This document shows, in pieces, positions 31,179 through 40,843 of a stretch of 64,000 bases of DNA. Position numbers and translations under genes: made by a program. The stretch is taken from contig JAAYQM010000014.1 of assembly GCA_012519315.1 (NCBI GenBank), forward strand, positions 158 through 64,157, read 5' to 3'. The first letter of the stretch is position 1, and each line of letters starts with the position of its first letter. This stretch comes from Clostridiales bacterium (GTDB lineage: Bacteria > Bacillota > Clostridia > Oscillospirales > CAG-272). The notes beneath the pieces were generated by a model. It had not been told where the DNA came from, did not search any database, and was given only the letters and a program-made list of their open reading frames with translations.

Positions 31179-32066
31179 TTAGGATAAAACAATGTTGCCG
31201 CTTTTAATTTTTATATCAAGTTTTCGGTCTTCGTTTTCCTCTCCTTGAAGCAGTACCTCTTGATATGTGCTGCCGTCGACGGTAATCTTGCCACTATCGG
31301 TTTTTGCCTCGATCATATAGGTGGTGATATCCTCTGTAAGATTGAGGTTGATATCCCCCGATTCGAGAGCGATTTTTGCCGCGTTGATTGTAATGTCTTC
31401 TGTTTTCAGCTCGCCCTTTGTTACTGTGTATTGCAAGCTTTTTATATTTCCGCCTTTGATATCTGCGGTACAGTTATCGCCGGAAAGCTTTACATAAGAG
31501 GAGGTGCTTACGTTGTTCAGATTAACCTTGCCCTCGGTGACGTTCAGATTAAAATCACCTGCAAGGGATACATCATCGATGTTAATGACACCCTCTTTGA
31601 GGGTAATGGACAGGGATTTTATTGTTTCAGAGGAAATATAGACATTTATTGTTTTTTCCTTCGGTTTAAAGGAAAAATTTCGGAAATACTGGCGCAGACC
31701 GCTAAAGCTGAAGCCGCCTTGGTCAAAAACAAAAAGCTGAGAGAGGTTGAAGTTTTCGTCTATAACATATGCTTGGCTTGTAATTCCGCGGCTGTAGCTG
31801 CCTTCGGTGAAATTGAGCAGCTCAATTTTATCCTCTTCCGAGGAGAAAACATTGATGGTAGCAGTATCAATCGCAAGTTCGATTCTATTGATATTTTCGG
31901 GATCATATTCGCAGGTATAAAGAAGATCGCCGTCAGGTGTCTTGACCTGAGAGAAGAGAGGCAGGTCGTTTCCTTTAGCCATTGCACTGGCTATTACGCA
32001 GGTGATGATTCCGCCGATTATCAGGATGAGGGATAGAATTAAAAAAATAATAGATGAAGGTTTCAT
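31179..32066 (-). CDS. DUF4097-like beta-repeat membrane-anchored protein (putative adhesin fold)
   Basis: The ATG at 32066 overlaps the upstream stop as ATGA. It has an N-terminal TM helix (IIFLILSLILIIGGIITCVIA) and a repetitive beta-strand region (GVINIDDVSLAGDFNLNVTEGKVNLNNV..., GDINLNL...). The antisense ORF 31245..32036 is rejected. Confidence 0.7.
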   Translation of the reverse strand: MKPSSIIFLILSLILIIGGIITCVIASAMAKGNDLPLFSQVKTPDGDLLYTCEYDPENINRIELAIDTATINVFSSEEDKIELLNFTEGSYSRGITSQAYVIDENFNLSQLFVFDQGGFSFSGLRQYFRNFSFKPKEKTINVYISSETIKSLSITLKEGVINIDDVSLAGDFNLNVTEGKVNLNNVSTSSYVKLSGDNCTADIKGGNIKSLQYTVTKGELKTEDITINAAKIALESGDINLNLTEDITTYMIEAKTDSGKITVDGSTYQEVLLQGEENEDRKLDIKIKSGNIVLS

Positions 32067-33133
32067 AATTTTGCACACGCCCCCTTAGCCAATATGAAGA
32101 GTCTTTTTGCTTGTCTGCATACAAAGGCGAAAAATACCGTTAGTTTTTTTATGGTGAAGGGTATCAGGCGGAGCGCAATATTATAAATGATGATTCCTGA
32201 GAACATAGCGACACCGCCCAGAATAACGCCAAAGCCAATCTCATAAAGGCCGATTGGAACCGATTTTAACAACTGTGTGAGACCGTAAATAATGCCAATT
32301 AAGGCAAGAGCGGTTCCCCCTGCCGCTACAATGATAAGGCTGCCGAGGAGGGCTACAATCAAGGCGAACAAAAACAGATATGCCGCACCGAATAAAAGAA
32401 GGATTCCAAGGGAAAGTGGAAGGGTGATCAGCAGGGAGAGAAAAAAGAAAGTCCAAAAGATTCTGTTGCCCTTACGTTCGGCTTCGGTTAGCTCCTTTTT
32501 CCTTGAAGGGGAGAAGAAGGCCTTTATCGCTGCGAAAGGGCCGGGTGCCGCAAGCTCTTCGTCATATTCCGATAGCTTATTTTGCTCCATAGACAATTGT
32601 TCGCTTGCAGGAGGGGGAGAGTCCGGCTCGACGGAGGTCACGTCTCCAGGTGGTGTTTCGTCGGGGCTGTTGTCAACGCCAACATTTCCTCCGGTACCGA
32701 CCGGCTCAGCGTCGTCAGGAGTATCATCAATGGGCGTATCATTAACAGATGTATCGTCAAAGGGTGCAGCCTCAATAGGCTCAGCACCATCAAGTGTATC
32801 ATCAACAGGCTCAGCGTCAGCCGATTCGCCGGGGTTCTCTTCTAAAGGCTGCTCGCTGTTATTTTCCGGTTGAGAAGAGAGAGGGAGTGCTATATTTTCA
32901 GAATCCTCCTGCGCTTCTGCCGAAGAGTCAGGTTCTGTGTTGTTATGGGATTCGGCGCGTTTTTTTAGGAGTATGCTGATTTCATCGGCAATAAGATCAA
33001 GATCCTCGATTTCCACAAGCAGCTCAGGCGCATATTGTTCCAGCTTTGCGATATGACGAAGGATAACTTCTTCCTCTATCCCCCGTTCACGGAGCTTGAC
33101 CGACAGTTGGGCAATAAAATCGGTTTTATTCAT
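32063..33133 (-). CDS. DUF1700-like membrane protein with acidic low-complexity linker
   Basis: The N-terminus MNKTDFIAQLSVKLRERGIEEEVILRHIAKLEQY is typical of DUF1700. A D/E/P/T-rich linker follows, then C-terminal multi-pass hydrophobic segments. Confidence 0.7.
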   Translation of the reverse strand: MNKTDFIAQLSVKLRERGIEEEVILRHIAKLEQYAPELLVEIEDLDLIADEISILLKKRAESHNNTEPDSSAEAQEDSENIALPLSSQPENNSEQPLEENPGESADAEPVDDTLDGAEPIEAAPFDDTSVNDTPIDDTPDDAEPVGTGGNVGVDNSPDETPPGDVTSVEPDSPPPASEQLSMEQNKLSEYDEELAAPGPFAAIKAFFSPSRKKELTEAERKGNRIFWTFFFLSLLITLPLSLGILLLFGAAYLFLFALIVALLGSLIIVAAGGTALALIGIIYGLTQLLKSVPIGLYEIGFGVILGGVAMFSGIIIYNIALRLIPFTIKKLTVFFAFVCRQAKRLFILAKGACAKL

Positions 33134-33455
33134 ACTGGTTTACTCCCTTGTATGTAAAATAGTATATTTGTCATCAAAGATAGAATGTTTAAAGAAATGT
33201 AAGGACGCTACTATTTCAGACGGTCGTTTGACACATGAAAAAAAACGTGATATAATAAAACGTATTTGTCAAGGAGGCTTGTCGTAGTGTGCCTTTTATA
33301 ACAAATATTGGATAATTTCGAGCTGTTGGCAAAAATCTGCATAATACCATAATTTTCCTGACAGCTTCAATAAAAATAGTGATTTTATCTAAAGAAATGT
33401 TCGCCATAGATTTAAGTATATATCTATTTTATCAAAAACAGGAACAAATAGCAAT

Positions 33456-34094
33456 ATGAGAATGCGAAAAAAAAAGAATCTTTCTCGGAGAATTTTAGCT
33501 TGTGAGCGGTTTGTTCTCAAATCGCCGGAGGAGTATTTTAAAATGCCCGAGGTTTTTGCTGCCAATAAGCTTGCAAGGCTTGAAATTGGCTGTGGAAAGG
33601 GCGGTTTTCTTTGCGAAACTGCCATGCGGGAACCGGATGTTGAGTTTTACGCAATAGAAAAAATCAGCAATGTGGTCATTTCGGCAATGGAAAAAGCTAA
33701 AGCGGCGAATTTAGACAATGTCCGGTTTGTTATCGACGATGCAACCCGTTTGCTGAACTTTGTTCCGGCGGGCTTTTTTGACAGGATTTATATTAATTTT
33801 AGTGATCCGTGGCCCAAGGCCAGACACGCCAAAAACAGGCTGACCCATATTGACAATCTTTTAATGTATAAAAGGGTGTTGCGGGAGGGAGGGCAACTCT
33901 GGTTTAAAACGGATAATGAGGAGTTTTTTGATTTTTCCATCGGACAGTTTGATGCCGCCGGATATACAGTATTATGGGAAACCCGTGACCTCCATTCGTC
34001 GGAATACGCAGCGCAAAATGTTATGACCGAGTATGAGGAGCGCTTCAGCGGTATGGGTATGAGGATTTTTTCAGCGAGAGTGTCGCCAAATTGA
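33456..34094 (+). CDS. trmB: tRNA (guanine46-N7)-methyltransferase
   Basis: 212 aa. Contains LEIGCGKGGFL, FYAIEK and IYINFSDPWPKARHAKNRL. Confidence 0.9.
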   Translation: MRMRKKKNLSRRILACERFVLKSPEEYFKMPEVFAANKLARLEIGCGKGGFLCETAMREPDVEFYAIEKISNVVISAMEKAKAANLDNVRFVIDDATRLLNFVPAGFFDRIYINFSDPWPKARHAKNRLTHIDNLLMYKRVLREGGQLWFKTDNEEFFDFSIGQFDAAGYTVLWETRDLHSSEYAAQNVMTEYEERFSGMGMRIFSARVSPN

Positions 34095-34214
34095 TAATGG
34101 CACTATCTGAGAGCAGGTGCTCTCGGCATAAAACAGAAGTTATTTGTTTTCGCAATTATGATTATGCATTTTTGTAGTTTTTCATGATTGATTCTAAGCA
34201 TACAGGAGAAAAAT

Positions 34215-35084
34215 ATGCTATCAAATTCGGTCGTTTTTGCTCCGAAACAGATTTTGACGAAAAGGCGGGAAGCAGAAGCCGCTTCTAAAGGGTCCCTGAA
34301 GGTTTTGGCAATAGGCAACAGCTTCAGCGTTGATGCTTTTAGGTACCTGTTTTAAATAGCTCGGGATGCCGGGTATGAAAATATCATCCTAGGCAATCTT
34401 TTTATTCCCGGCTGCAGCCTTCGGAGACATTGGGAGAATGCGGTATATGATAAACCGGCCTACAAATATTACAAAAATATCGACGGTGACTGGCTTTCTC
34501 TGCCGAATAAATCCTTGTATTATGGTCTAATTGACGAAGCATGGGATTTTATTACTATGCAACAGGCAAGCGCGGTCAGCGGCATAGAATCTTCCTATGA
34601 TCCCTATCTTGAGAATCTGGTTGCCTATGTGGAAAGATATAAGCAAAACCGGTCTGCAAAGCTGGCTTGGCATATGACATGGGCCTATCAACAGGATTAT
34701 GACCATGTAAAATTCGATTCCTACGGTCGGGATCAGCAGCGAATGTATAGTGCAATTGTATCTGTTGTGCAAAATAAAATAGCTTCCACGGGAAAGTTTT
34801 CAATCATTATTCCGTCGGGAACGGCTATCCAAAATGTACGTTCGAGCTTTATCGGTGATAATCTGACGAGAGATGGGTTTCATCTGGAAAAGAAGCTGGG
34901 ACGCTATGTCGCAGGACTTTCGTGTTTTTGCGCCCTGACCGGGGATAGAATTGACAATATTACATATCGGCCTGATGTTGAAAAAATTCCGCTCTCCTAC
35001 TTACCTATGATTAAATATGCTGTGCAAAGAGGGATATACACACCCTATCAGGTTGCCGATATGTCCGATTTTGCCCCTGTTTGA
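34215..35084 (+). pseudogene. DUF4886-like (SGNH-fold) gene interrupted by one in-frame TAA
   Basis: AGGAGA SD plus ATG at 34215. The frame reads MLSNSVVFAPKQILTKRREAEAASKGSLKVLAIGNSFSVDAFRYLF-TAA(34353..34355)-IARDAGYENIILGNLFIPGCSLRRHW... It continues in the same frame into ORF 34515..35084. Confidence 0.7.
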
Positions 35085-35110
35085 AAAAGAGCAGAAAACA
35101 GGAAAAATTC

Positions 35111-35148
35111 AAAAAAGCTGTGCAACGAAGATGTTGCGCAGCTTTTTC
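35111..35148. terminator. bidirectional terminator
   Basis: AAAAAAGCTGTGCAAC-GAAGAT-GTTGCGCAGCTTTTTC (one G-U pair). Confidence 0.6.
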
Positions 35149-35194
35149 TTACTTTGTTAAAATTTAGCAATCGCATTTTTGCGAGTAATGGTAT

Positions 35195-35461
35195 TCAACG
35201 GGAGGGAGGGTTATTTTCCTCTTCGTTCTTTGCCGTTATATAATCGATTAAAAGAGCGCCACCGATAAGAAGGGTTAAGCTCATCATTAAATATTCGAGT
35301 ATTGAGGGCAGAAGACGATGTATGTACCACGTTTCCCAAATAGGGGATCTTATAAAGAATAGAACAGCCAGAAAAGCTATTGATATAATTGGGAGACCGG
35401 TATGTAAGACCAGTTTTGAAATGCGATGCATTTTGTTTATTCGCCTGACAACTTTTTCCAT
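35195..35461 (-). CDS. small hypothetical membrane protein
   Basis: 88 aa. GGAG lies 9 nt upstream of the ATG. Two predicted TM helices. I recognise no family. Confidence 0.5.
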   Translation of the reverse strand: MEKVVRRINKMHRISKLVLHTGLPIISIAFLAVLFFIRSPIWETWYIHRLLPSILEYLMMSLTLLIGGALLIDYITAKNEEENNPPSR

Positions 35462-35969
35462 ATTAACTCCTTTGTATATTTATACGTTATTTTGTGCATA
35501 TTGCAACTTAAAATATGCATATCTTAATTTAAGTAATAATTATTCAGAACATTTTTATTGGAGGGGCTGATTTTTTTATAAATAGACCCCATGTATATTG
35601 TACTATTTCTTGTCGAATATTGCATCAAGTAATATATGGAATATTTGCAAACAAAGGAAAGTTGTCATTATAAGTTGTTGCAATCAATTAATTTATAAAT
35701 CTAATTTAAAAATTGAGAAAATTATAACAAAACGCGTTCCAAATAGTGGCAGCAATGCATATTTTCCAATGAATGTAAACCGAAAAAGCCGGGATGCTTT
35801 AGTTTTAGATAAATACATATTAATTCATTGCGATAAAAGGATATAATAATTCAATAAACGACAAATTAGAATAAAATTTATTGAGTTAATTCAACAAAGT
35901 TATACCTTTTTATAACAAATTTGTTATTAAATTGAAAAATATGATGAAATTATGGTCATAATCTTAATC

Positions 35970-35997
35970 TTGAAACTAATATCAGTAGTGGTATAAT
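35970..35997 (+). promoter_or_regulatory. putative promoter for the orphan gene
   Basis: TTGAAA (35970-35975), a 16-nt spacer, then TGgTATAAT (-10 at 35992-35997). Confidence 0.45.
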
Positions 35998-36028
35998 AAT
36001 ATCAATATAAAAGCGGAGGATGAACAAA

Positions 36029-36376
36029 ATGGTAGGAACAAGCATTATGACCAAGTCGCCTAAAACGTCAGCGGGCTATTCTCAGACCGCTCTTTCAGTA
36101 AAACGGCCTACGAGTGAGATTCTTCTGGTTTACCGATTGCTCAGGTCTCTGGACAAGGCCGTCGGAGAGCATCTTTTTTCAAAGGACAAGCGTGAATATG
36201 TCTATTCTCTTTCTATTGTTATGATCAGCGGGTCGGATAAGCGTGAGGAGGAGTACATATATGACATTGCAAGAAATCAGTATGATGCCCGCAAAATATT
36301 CCGTTTATTGTCCGAAAATACCGTTACACCCTGTGCTGTATATGAAGTATTGGATGATTATCTTGCATCGATGTAG
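36029..36376 (+). CDS. hypothetical protein
   Basis: The ATG at 36029 lies 9 nt after GGAGGA. The ORF-track ATG at 36020 abuts the SD. 115 aa and soluble. It ends ...NTVTPCAVYEVLDDYLASM. I cannot assign a family with confidence. Confidence 0.55.
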   Translation: MVGTSIMTKSPKTSAGYSQTALSVKRPTSEILLVYRLLRSLDKAVGEHLFSKDKREYVYSLSIVMISGSDKREEEYIYDIARNQYDARKIFRLLSENTVTPCAVYEVLDDYLASM

Positions 36377-36396
36377 GACAAGCAATTATATATAAA

Positions 36397-36425
36397 GCCG
36401 ACGAGGAGATCGTCGGTTTTTGTTT
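36397..36425 (+). terminator. intrinsic terminator
   Basis: GCCGACG-AGGAGAT-CGTCGG followed by TTTTTGTTTT. Confidence 0.7.
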
Positions 36426-36571
36426 TGACAGAGGGTGAAGCTGTTGAATACATACTTTACATATTGAAAAAAAAATGTTATAGTATAATCGGAGTAATTT
36501 TTGCGGAATTTCTATATTTAAATATTTAAGATAAGGATAAGGCCGGTTATTAACCGGTCACGGAAAGCAAG

Positions 36572-37045
36572 ATGAAATGTCCGAATTGTGGTTATCATGA
36601 AAGTAAGGTTACCGATAGCCGTCCTGTCAATGATAATACGAGTATCAGAAGAAGGCGGGAATGCCTTTCCTGTCAAAGGCGGTTTACGACCTATGAGGTT
36701 ATTGATACCGTACAGATTATTGTTGTTAAGAAAAACGGACAGAAGGAGTTTTTTGACCGAAGAAAGCTTCAGAGCGGATTAATGAAGGCTTGTCAGAAGC
36801 GCCCGGTTGATACCGAGGCCTTGGCGGCTGAAATTGAGACCGACCTTCAGAATTCGCTGCGTGCAGAAATCACTGCGCAGGAAATCGGTGAGATTGTAAT
36901 GGAAAAGCTGCGTCGGCTGGACGGGGTGTCCTATGTACGGTTCGCTTCCGTTTATCGCGAATTTAAGGATGTTGATACATTTATGGATGAATTGAGCCTG
37001 CTTCGCTCAGAATTGGAAGACAAGGATAATAACAAGGGCGAATGA
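36572..37045 (+). CDS. nrdR: transcriptional repressor NrdR
   Basis: Contains MKCPNCGYHESKVTDSRPV...RRRRECLSCQRRFTTYE (zinc ribbon) plus an ATP-cone domain. Confidence 0.95.
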   Translation: MKCPNCGYHESKVTDSRPVNDNTSIRRRRECLSCQRRFTTYEVIDTVQIIVVKKNGQKEFFDRRKLQSGLMKACQKRPVDTEALAAEIETDLQNSLRAEITAQEIGEIVMEKLRRLDGVSYVRFASVYREFKDVDTFMDELSLLRSELEDKDNNKGE

Positions 37046-37151
37046 GCGGGTTATGACAGGCAACTGAGTCAAAATATTATACTTATATATATTTATAGTA
37101 AGATTTCAGCAATAAAAGCATATCATTTTTTCAGCGAAAGGATTATCATTA

Positions 37152-38582
37152 ATGAGAAGGACAAAAATCGTATGTACGATTGGGCCGTCTTGCAATACGA
37201 AGAAGGTTTTGGAGCAAATGCTGCGCAACGGCATGAATGTTGCTCGTCTTAATTTTTCCCACGGCACCCATGAAACGCATAAAAAGGATATCGAGACTTT
37301 TCGTCGGGTGAGAGATCGTTTGGGGATGCCGGCGGCTATCATGCTTGATACAAGAGGGCCGGAGATACGTCTGCGCGACTTTAAAGAAGGATCCGCATCC
37401 TTGAAATGCGGGGAAGAATATTTGCTTACGACAGAAGAGATTCTCGGTGACGACAGATGCGGCTCCATTAATTGTGAAAGCTTGCCGCGGCAACTGTCCC
37501 CCGGTAATACGATATTGATCGACGACGGAAGGGTTTCCCTGAAGGTTATTGACGCTGATGAAAAAACCGTGCGCTGCAAGGTCGAATGCGGCGGCGTTAT
37601 CAGCAACAGAAAGGGGATCAATATTCCAAATCTTTATTTGGATCTGCCCTATCTCAGCGAGCAGGATAAAAAGGATATTCGGTTTGGTATTGAGCAGGAT
37701 GTTGATTTTATCGCCGCCTCCTTCGTCCGCCGTAAGGAGGATGTTATTACTTTAAGAAGGTTTTTAGATTATTATGGCGGTCATAGCATAAAGATTATTT
37801 CAAAAATTGAGAATCTTGAGGGTGTAGAAAATTTTGATGCTATTTTAAAACATTCGGACGGCATTATGGTGGCGCGCGGTGATATGGGCGTTGAGGTTGA
37901 TTACGATAGACTGCCCGGTATTCAAAAGCGCTTTATCAGGCGTTGTTATCAATCGGGAAAGATGGTTATTACCGCAACGCAGATGCTGGAGTCTATGATT
38001 AAAAACCCGACGCCGACCCGTGCGGAGATTACCGATGTGGCCAATGCCGTTTTTGACGGCACCTCGGCGGTGATGCTTTCGGGTGAAACTGCCGTGGGGA
38101 AAAATCCTACCCTTGCTGTAAAGGTTATGGCTAAGATTGCCGAACGCGCGGAGCATGATGCTTTCGAGATGGGGGCATACAAAGGCTTTAACCATGACAT
38201 GGATTCTACCGATATAACAAATGCGATCTGCGATGCAACCTGTACTACCGCAAGAGATATCAAGGCAAAGGCGATTGTTGTGGTGACAAAGGGCGGGCAA
38301 ACAGCCCGTCGTATGTCAAAATTTCGTCCGAACGAACCTATTGTTGCTGCTACTCCGGTTACAAAAACCTATCATCAGTTATCTCTATCCTGGGGTGTCT
38401 ATCCTGTTATGGCCAGATATCAGAGCACGACAGACGAGTTGTTTTTACATTCGGTCGATTGTGCAAAGCAGCTAGATCTTGTTGCGGACGGGGACAGAGT
38501 AGTTATTACGGCCGGAGTTCCACTCGGAATTTCAGGAAGCACAAACATTATAAAAGTACAGGTCGTCGGCGAACAGATCTGA
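37152..38582 (+). CDS. pyk: pyruvate kinase
   Basis: 476 aa. Contains MRRTKIVCTIGPS, NVARLNFSHG, MVARGDMGVE and the C-terminal allosteric domain. Confidence 0.95.
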   Translation: MRRTKIVCTIGPSCNTKKVLEQMLRNGMNVARLNFSHGTHETHKKDIETFRRVRDRLGMPAAIMLDTRGPEIRLRDFKEGSASLKCGEEYLLTTEEILGDDRCGSINCESLPRQLSPGNTILIDDGRVSLKVIDADEKTVRCKVECGGVISNRKGINIPNLYLDLPYLSEQDKKDIRFGIEQDVDFIAASFVRRKEDVITLRRFLDYYGGHSIKIISKIENLEGVENFDAILKHSDGIMVARGDMGVEVDYDRLPGIQKRFIRRCYQSGKMVITATQMLESMIKNPTPTRAEITDVANAVFDGTSAVMLSGETAVGKNPTLAVKVMAKIAERAEHDAFEMGAYKGFNHDMDSTDITNAICDATCTTARDIKAKAIVVVTKGGQTARRMSKFRPNEPIVAATPVTKTYHQLSLSWGVYPVMARYQSTTDELFLHSVDCAKQLDLVADGDRVVITAGVPLGISGSTNIIKVQVVGEQI

Positions 38583-38601
38583 CCTTATATTATATAAATA
38601 C

Positions 38602-38630
38602 AAAACGGCATGATGGTGTCATGCCGTTTT
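38602..38630 (+). terminator. intrinsic terminator after pyk
   Basis: AAAACGGCATGA-TGGTG-TCATGCCGTTTT. Confidence 0.75.
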
Positions 38631-38992
38631 GCGCATTATAGAGAGGGTGTTTTTTAGTTGCTGTTCTTTGCAGCATTAAATGTGCATTTATCTTGTGGCA
38701 CTGTGATTTATGTATGAATTGTAACAAATATAAGAAAAAGCAATGACATAGTCGGACAAAAGCAACAGTTTTTATACAGGAAAAGGGATAGAATCGGGAG
38801 ATGTTCAAGATTTATTTATAAATGTGTGTTATACTAACTTTATCTCAAAAAGTTGATTTTATACAATGGAATTAGACGATAGAACATTAGTGTATTCCCT
38901 GCAGTTTTTCGGCATGGGGCGCTTTGGGGGCTCCTTTTTCATTTGACGGTAAATTAAATAATAAAATCTTATCGGAAGGATGTACTATACGC

Positions 38993-39958
38993 ATGATAAA
39001 AATCGAAAATTTAGTGAAGCGATACGGCAACAACTTTGCGCTTGACGATATCAGCTTCACTGTTGAGAAGGGTGAGATTGTCGGATTTCTCGGTCCGAAC
39101 GGCGCCGGAAAAAGCACCTGTATGAATATATTGACCGGATATCTCTCCTCCACCTCCGGTGTCGCGTCAGTCGATGGTATCGATGTCCTTGAAAATCCGC
39201 TTAAGGCGAAGAAGCTTATCGGTTATTTGCCTGAGCAGCCTCCCCTCTATCTTGATATGACGGTCGAGGAGTATCTTAATTTTGCATACGAGCTTAAGTC
39301 ATGCACCCTTAACCGCAAAAAGCATCTTAAAGAGATATGCGAGGTTGTAAAAATAACCGATGTTTATAAGCGGGTTATCAAAAACCTTTCAAAGGGGTAT
39401 AAGCAGCGTGTGGGCATAGCCCAAGCCCTTGTCGGAAATCCTCAGGTTATTATTTTTGATGAACCCACTATAGGTCTTGACCCGAAGCAGATAATTGAGG
39501 TGCGCAATCTTATTCGAAATCTCGGCAAGAGCCACACTGTTATACTCAGCACCCACATATTGCCAGAGGTGCAGGCTGTTTGCGACCGGATTGTGATAAT
39601 TAACAAGGGTAAAATAATAGCTAATGAAAAAACAGAAAATATCACAAGAGCGATTAGGGACAATCGCCGCTTCAATATTAAGATTGCCGGTCCGCAGAGA
39701 GAGGTTTTGGCAATGCTTAAGTCAAAGCAGGGTATTGCCTATGCGGAGGTCCTTGCCGAGAGGGAGGAGGACGCATATACTTATCTTGTGGAAAGTGATC
39801 CCGGTATAGACATACGCAAGATTCTTTTTTACACCTTGGCGGAGCGCGGATGGCCGATTATGGGATTGGAGGCGGTCGGCATGAACCTTGAGGATATTTT
39901 CATTCGATTGGTCGATGCAACTGCTAATAAAAAAACAAGCAAGCGTATTATTAAATAA
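38993..39958 (+). CDS. ABC transporter ATP-binding protein (ABC-2/GldA-like)
   Basis: MIKIENLVKRYGNNF start with GGAAGGA upstream. Walker A GPNGAGKST, signature LSKGYKQR and Walker B IIFDEPT. Confidence 0.9.
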   Translation: MIKIENLVKRYGNNFALDDISFTVEKGEIVGFLGPNGAGKSTCMNILTGYLSSTSGVASVDGIDVLENPLKAKKLIGYLPEQPPLYLDMTVEEYLNFAYELKSCTLNRKKHLKEICEVVKITDVYKRVIKNLSKGYKQRVGIAQALVGNPQVIIFDEPTIGLDPKQIIEVRNLIRNLGKSHTVILSTHILPEVQAVCDRIVIINKGKIIANEKTENITRAIRDNRRFNIKIAGPQREVLAMLKSKQGIAYAEVLAEREEDAYTYLVESDPGIDIRKILFYTLAERGWPIMGLEAVGMNLEDIFIRLVDATANKKTSKRIIK

Positions 39959-40024
39959 AAAATATAACCCAGGATTTGGAAGGAGGAGGTTTTCCGTAAT
40001 AGAATTGCGGGAGACCATCGAGGT

Positions 40025-40732
40025 ATGTTAGCTATCTACAAAAGAGAGATGCACTCCTATTTTGTTACACCGATAGGTTTTGTTTATTTAGCAATTTTTT
40101 GGGCAGTGTCCGCCTGTGTCTGTACACTTACAACACTGCACGAATTTTCGATTGATACCAGCATGTATTTTTTGATTATGCTTTTTGTGTTTATCATTGT
40201 TGTTCCTATTTTAACAATGAAGCTTTTCAGCGAGGAGCGAAAGCTCAAAACCGAGCAGATGCTGATGACGGCGCCCGTTTCGATCACTTCTATGGTTGTT
40301 GCCAAGTATCTTGCGGCCTTTACGTTGTTTGCCGGTTCTCTTGTTATTTCTTGCGTAAACTTTATTCCTCTTTATCTGTATGCAAAGCCCCAATCTGCGA
40401 TTGTTTTTGGCAGCGTGATTGGCATTATGCTTGTAGGAAGCGCTTTTGTGGCAATCGGTACTTTTATTTCCTCTTTGACCGAAAATCAGCTTGCCGCTGC
40501 CGTTTCAACAACAGGAATTCTGCTCTTTCTTTTAGCGATCAGCTTTGTTAACAGATATATTGACACCTATTTTATCCGTTCGATCATAGATTGGATTTCT
40601 ATTTTCCAGAGATTCCAGGCCTTTAACTACGGAATATTTGATTTTACCGCTATTTTGTACTATGCTTCCATCAGTGCTATCTTTATTTTCCTGACAATTC
40701 GTGTTTACGAGAGACGGAGATGGGGCGCCTAG
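40025..40732 (+). CDS. ABC-2 type transporter permease (GldF-like)
   Basis: 235 aa with six hydrophobic segments. The N-terminus MLAIYKREMHSYFVTPIGFVYLAIF is typical of this permease family. Confidence 0.85.
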   Translation: MLAIYKREMHSYFVTPIGFVYLAIFWAVSACVCTLTTLHEFSIDTSMYFLIMLFVFIIVVPILTMKLFSEERKLKTEQMLMTAPVSITSMVVAKYLAAFTLFAGSLVISCVNFIPLYLYAKPQSAIVFGSVIGIMLVGSAFVAIGTFISSLTENQLAAAVSTTGILLFLLAISFVNRYIDTYFIRSIIDWISIFQRFQAFNYGIFDFTAILYYASISAIFIFLTIRVYERRRWGA

Positions 40733-40843
40733 TACGCAACAAGATGGTGTTATTAAAAGCATAATTAAATAAATTCAGAAAAAGGGTATTCTTTTTCATA
40801 GGACATGCCTTGTAGCTTATGGAAAGGAATGATGGTTATAATT

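Noticed and set aside
31245-32036. 263-aa ORF on the plus strand
   Set aside because: It is antisense to the DUF4097-like gene. That gene has a signal-anchor, repeat structure and ATGA coupling to its upstream partner. The plus-strand product has no features.
35322-35846. Two 82-aa plus-strand ORFs in the AT-rich tract
   Set aside because: Their translations are low-complexity and rich in Ile, Asn, Lys and Tyr, as expected from AT-rich non-coding DNA. Neither has an SD. One overlaps the small membrane-protein gene in antisense.
36464-36489. Possible nrdR promoter TTGAAA ... TATAAT
   Set aside because: The spacer between the two hexamers is only 14 nt, too short for a standard sigma-A promoter. 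It is not reported as a feature.
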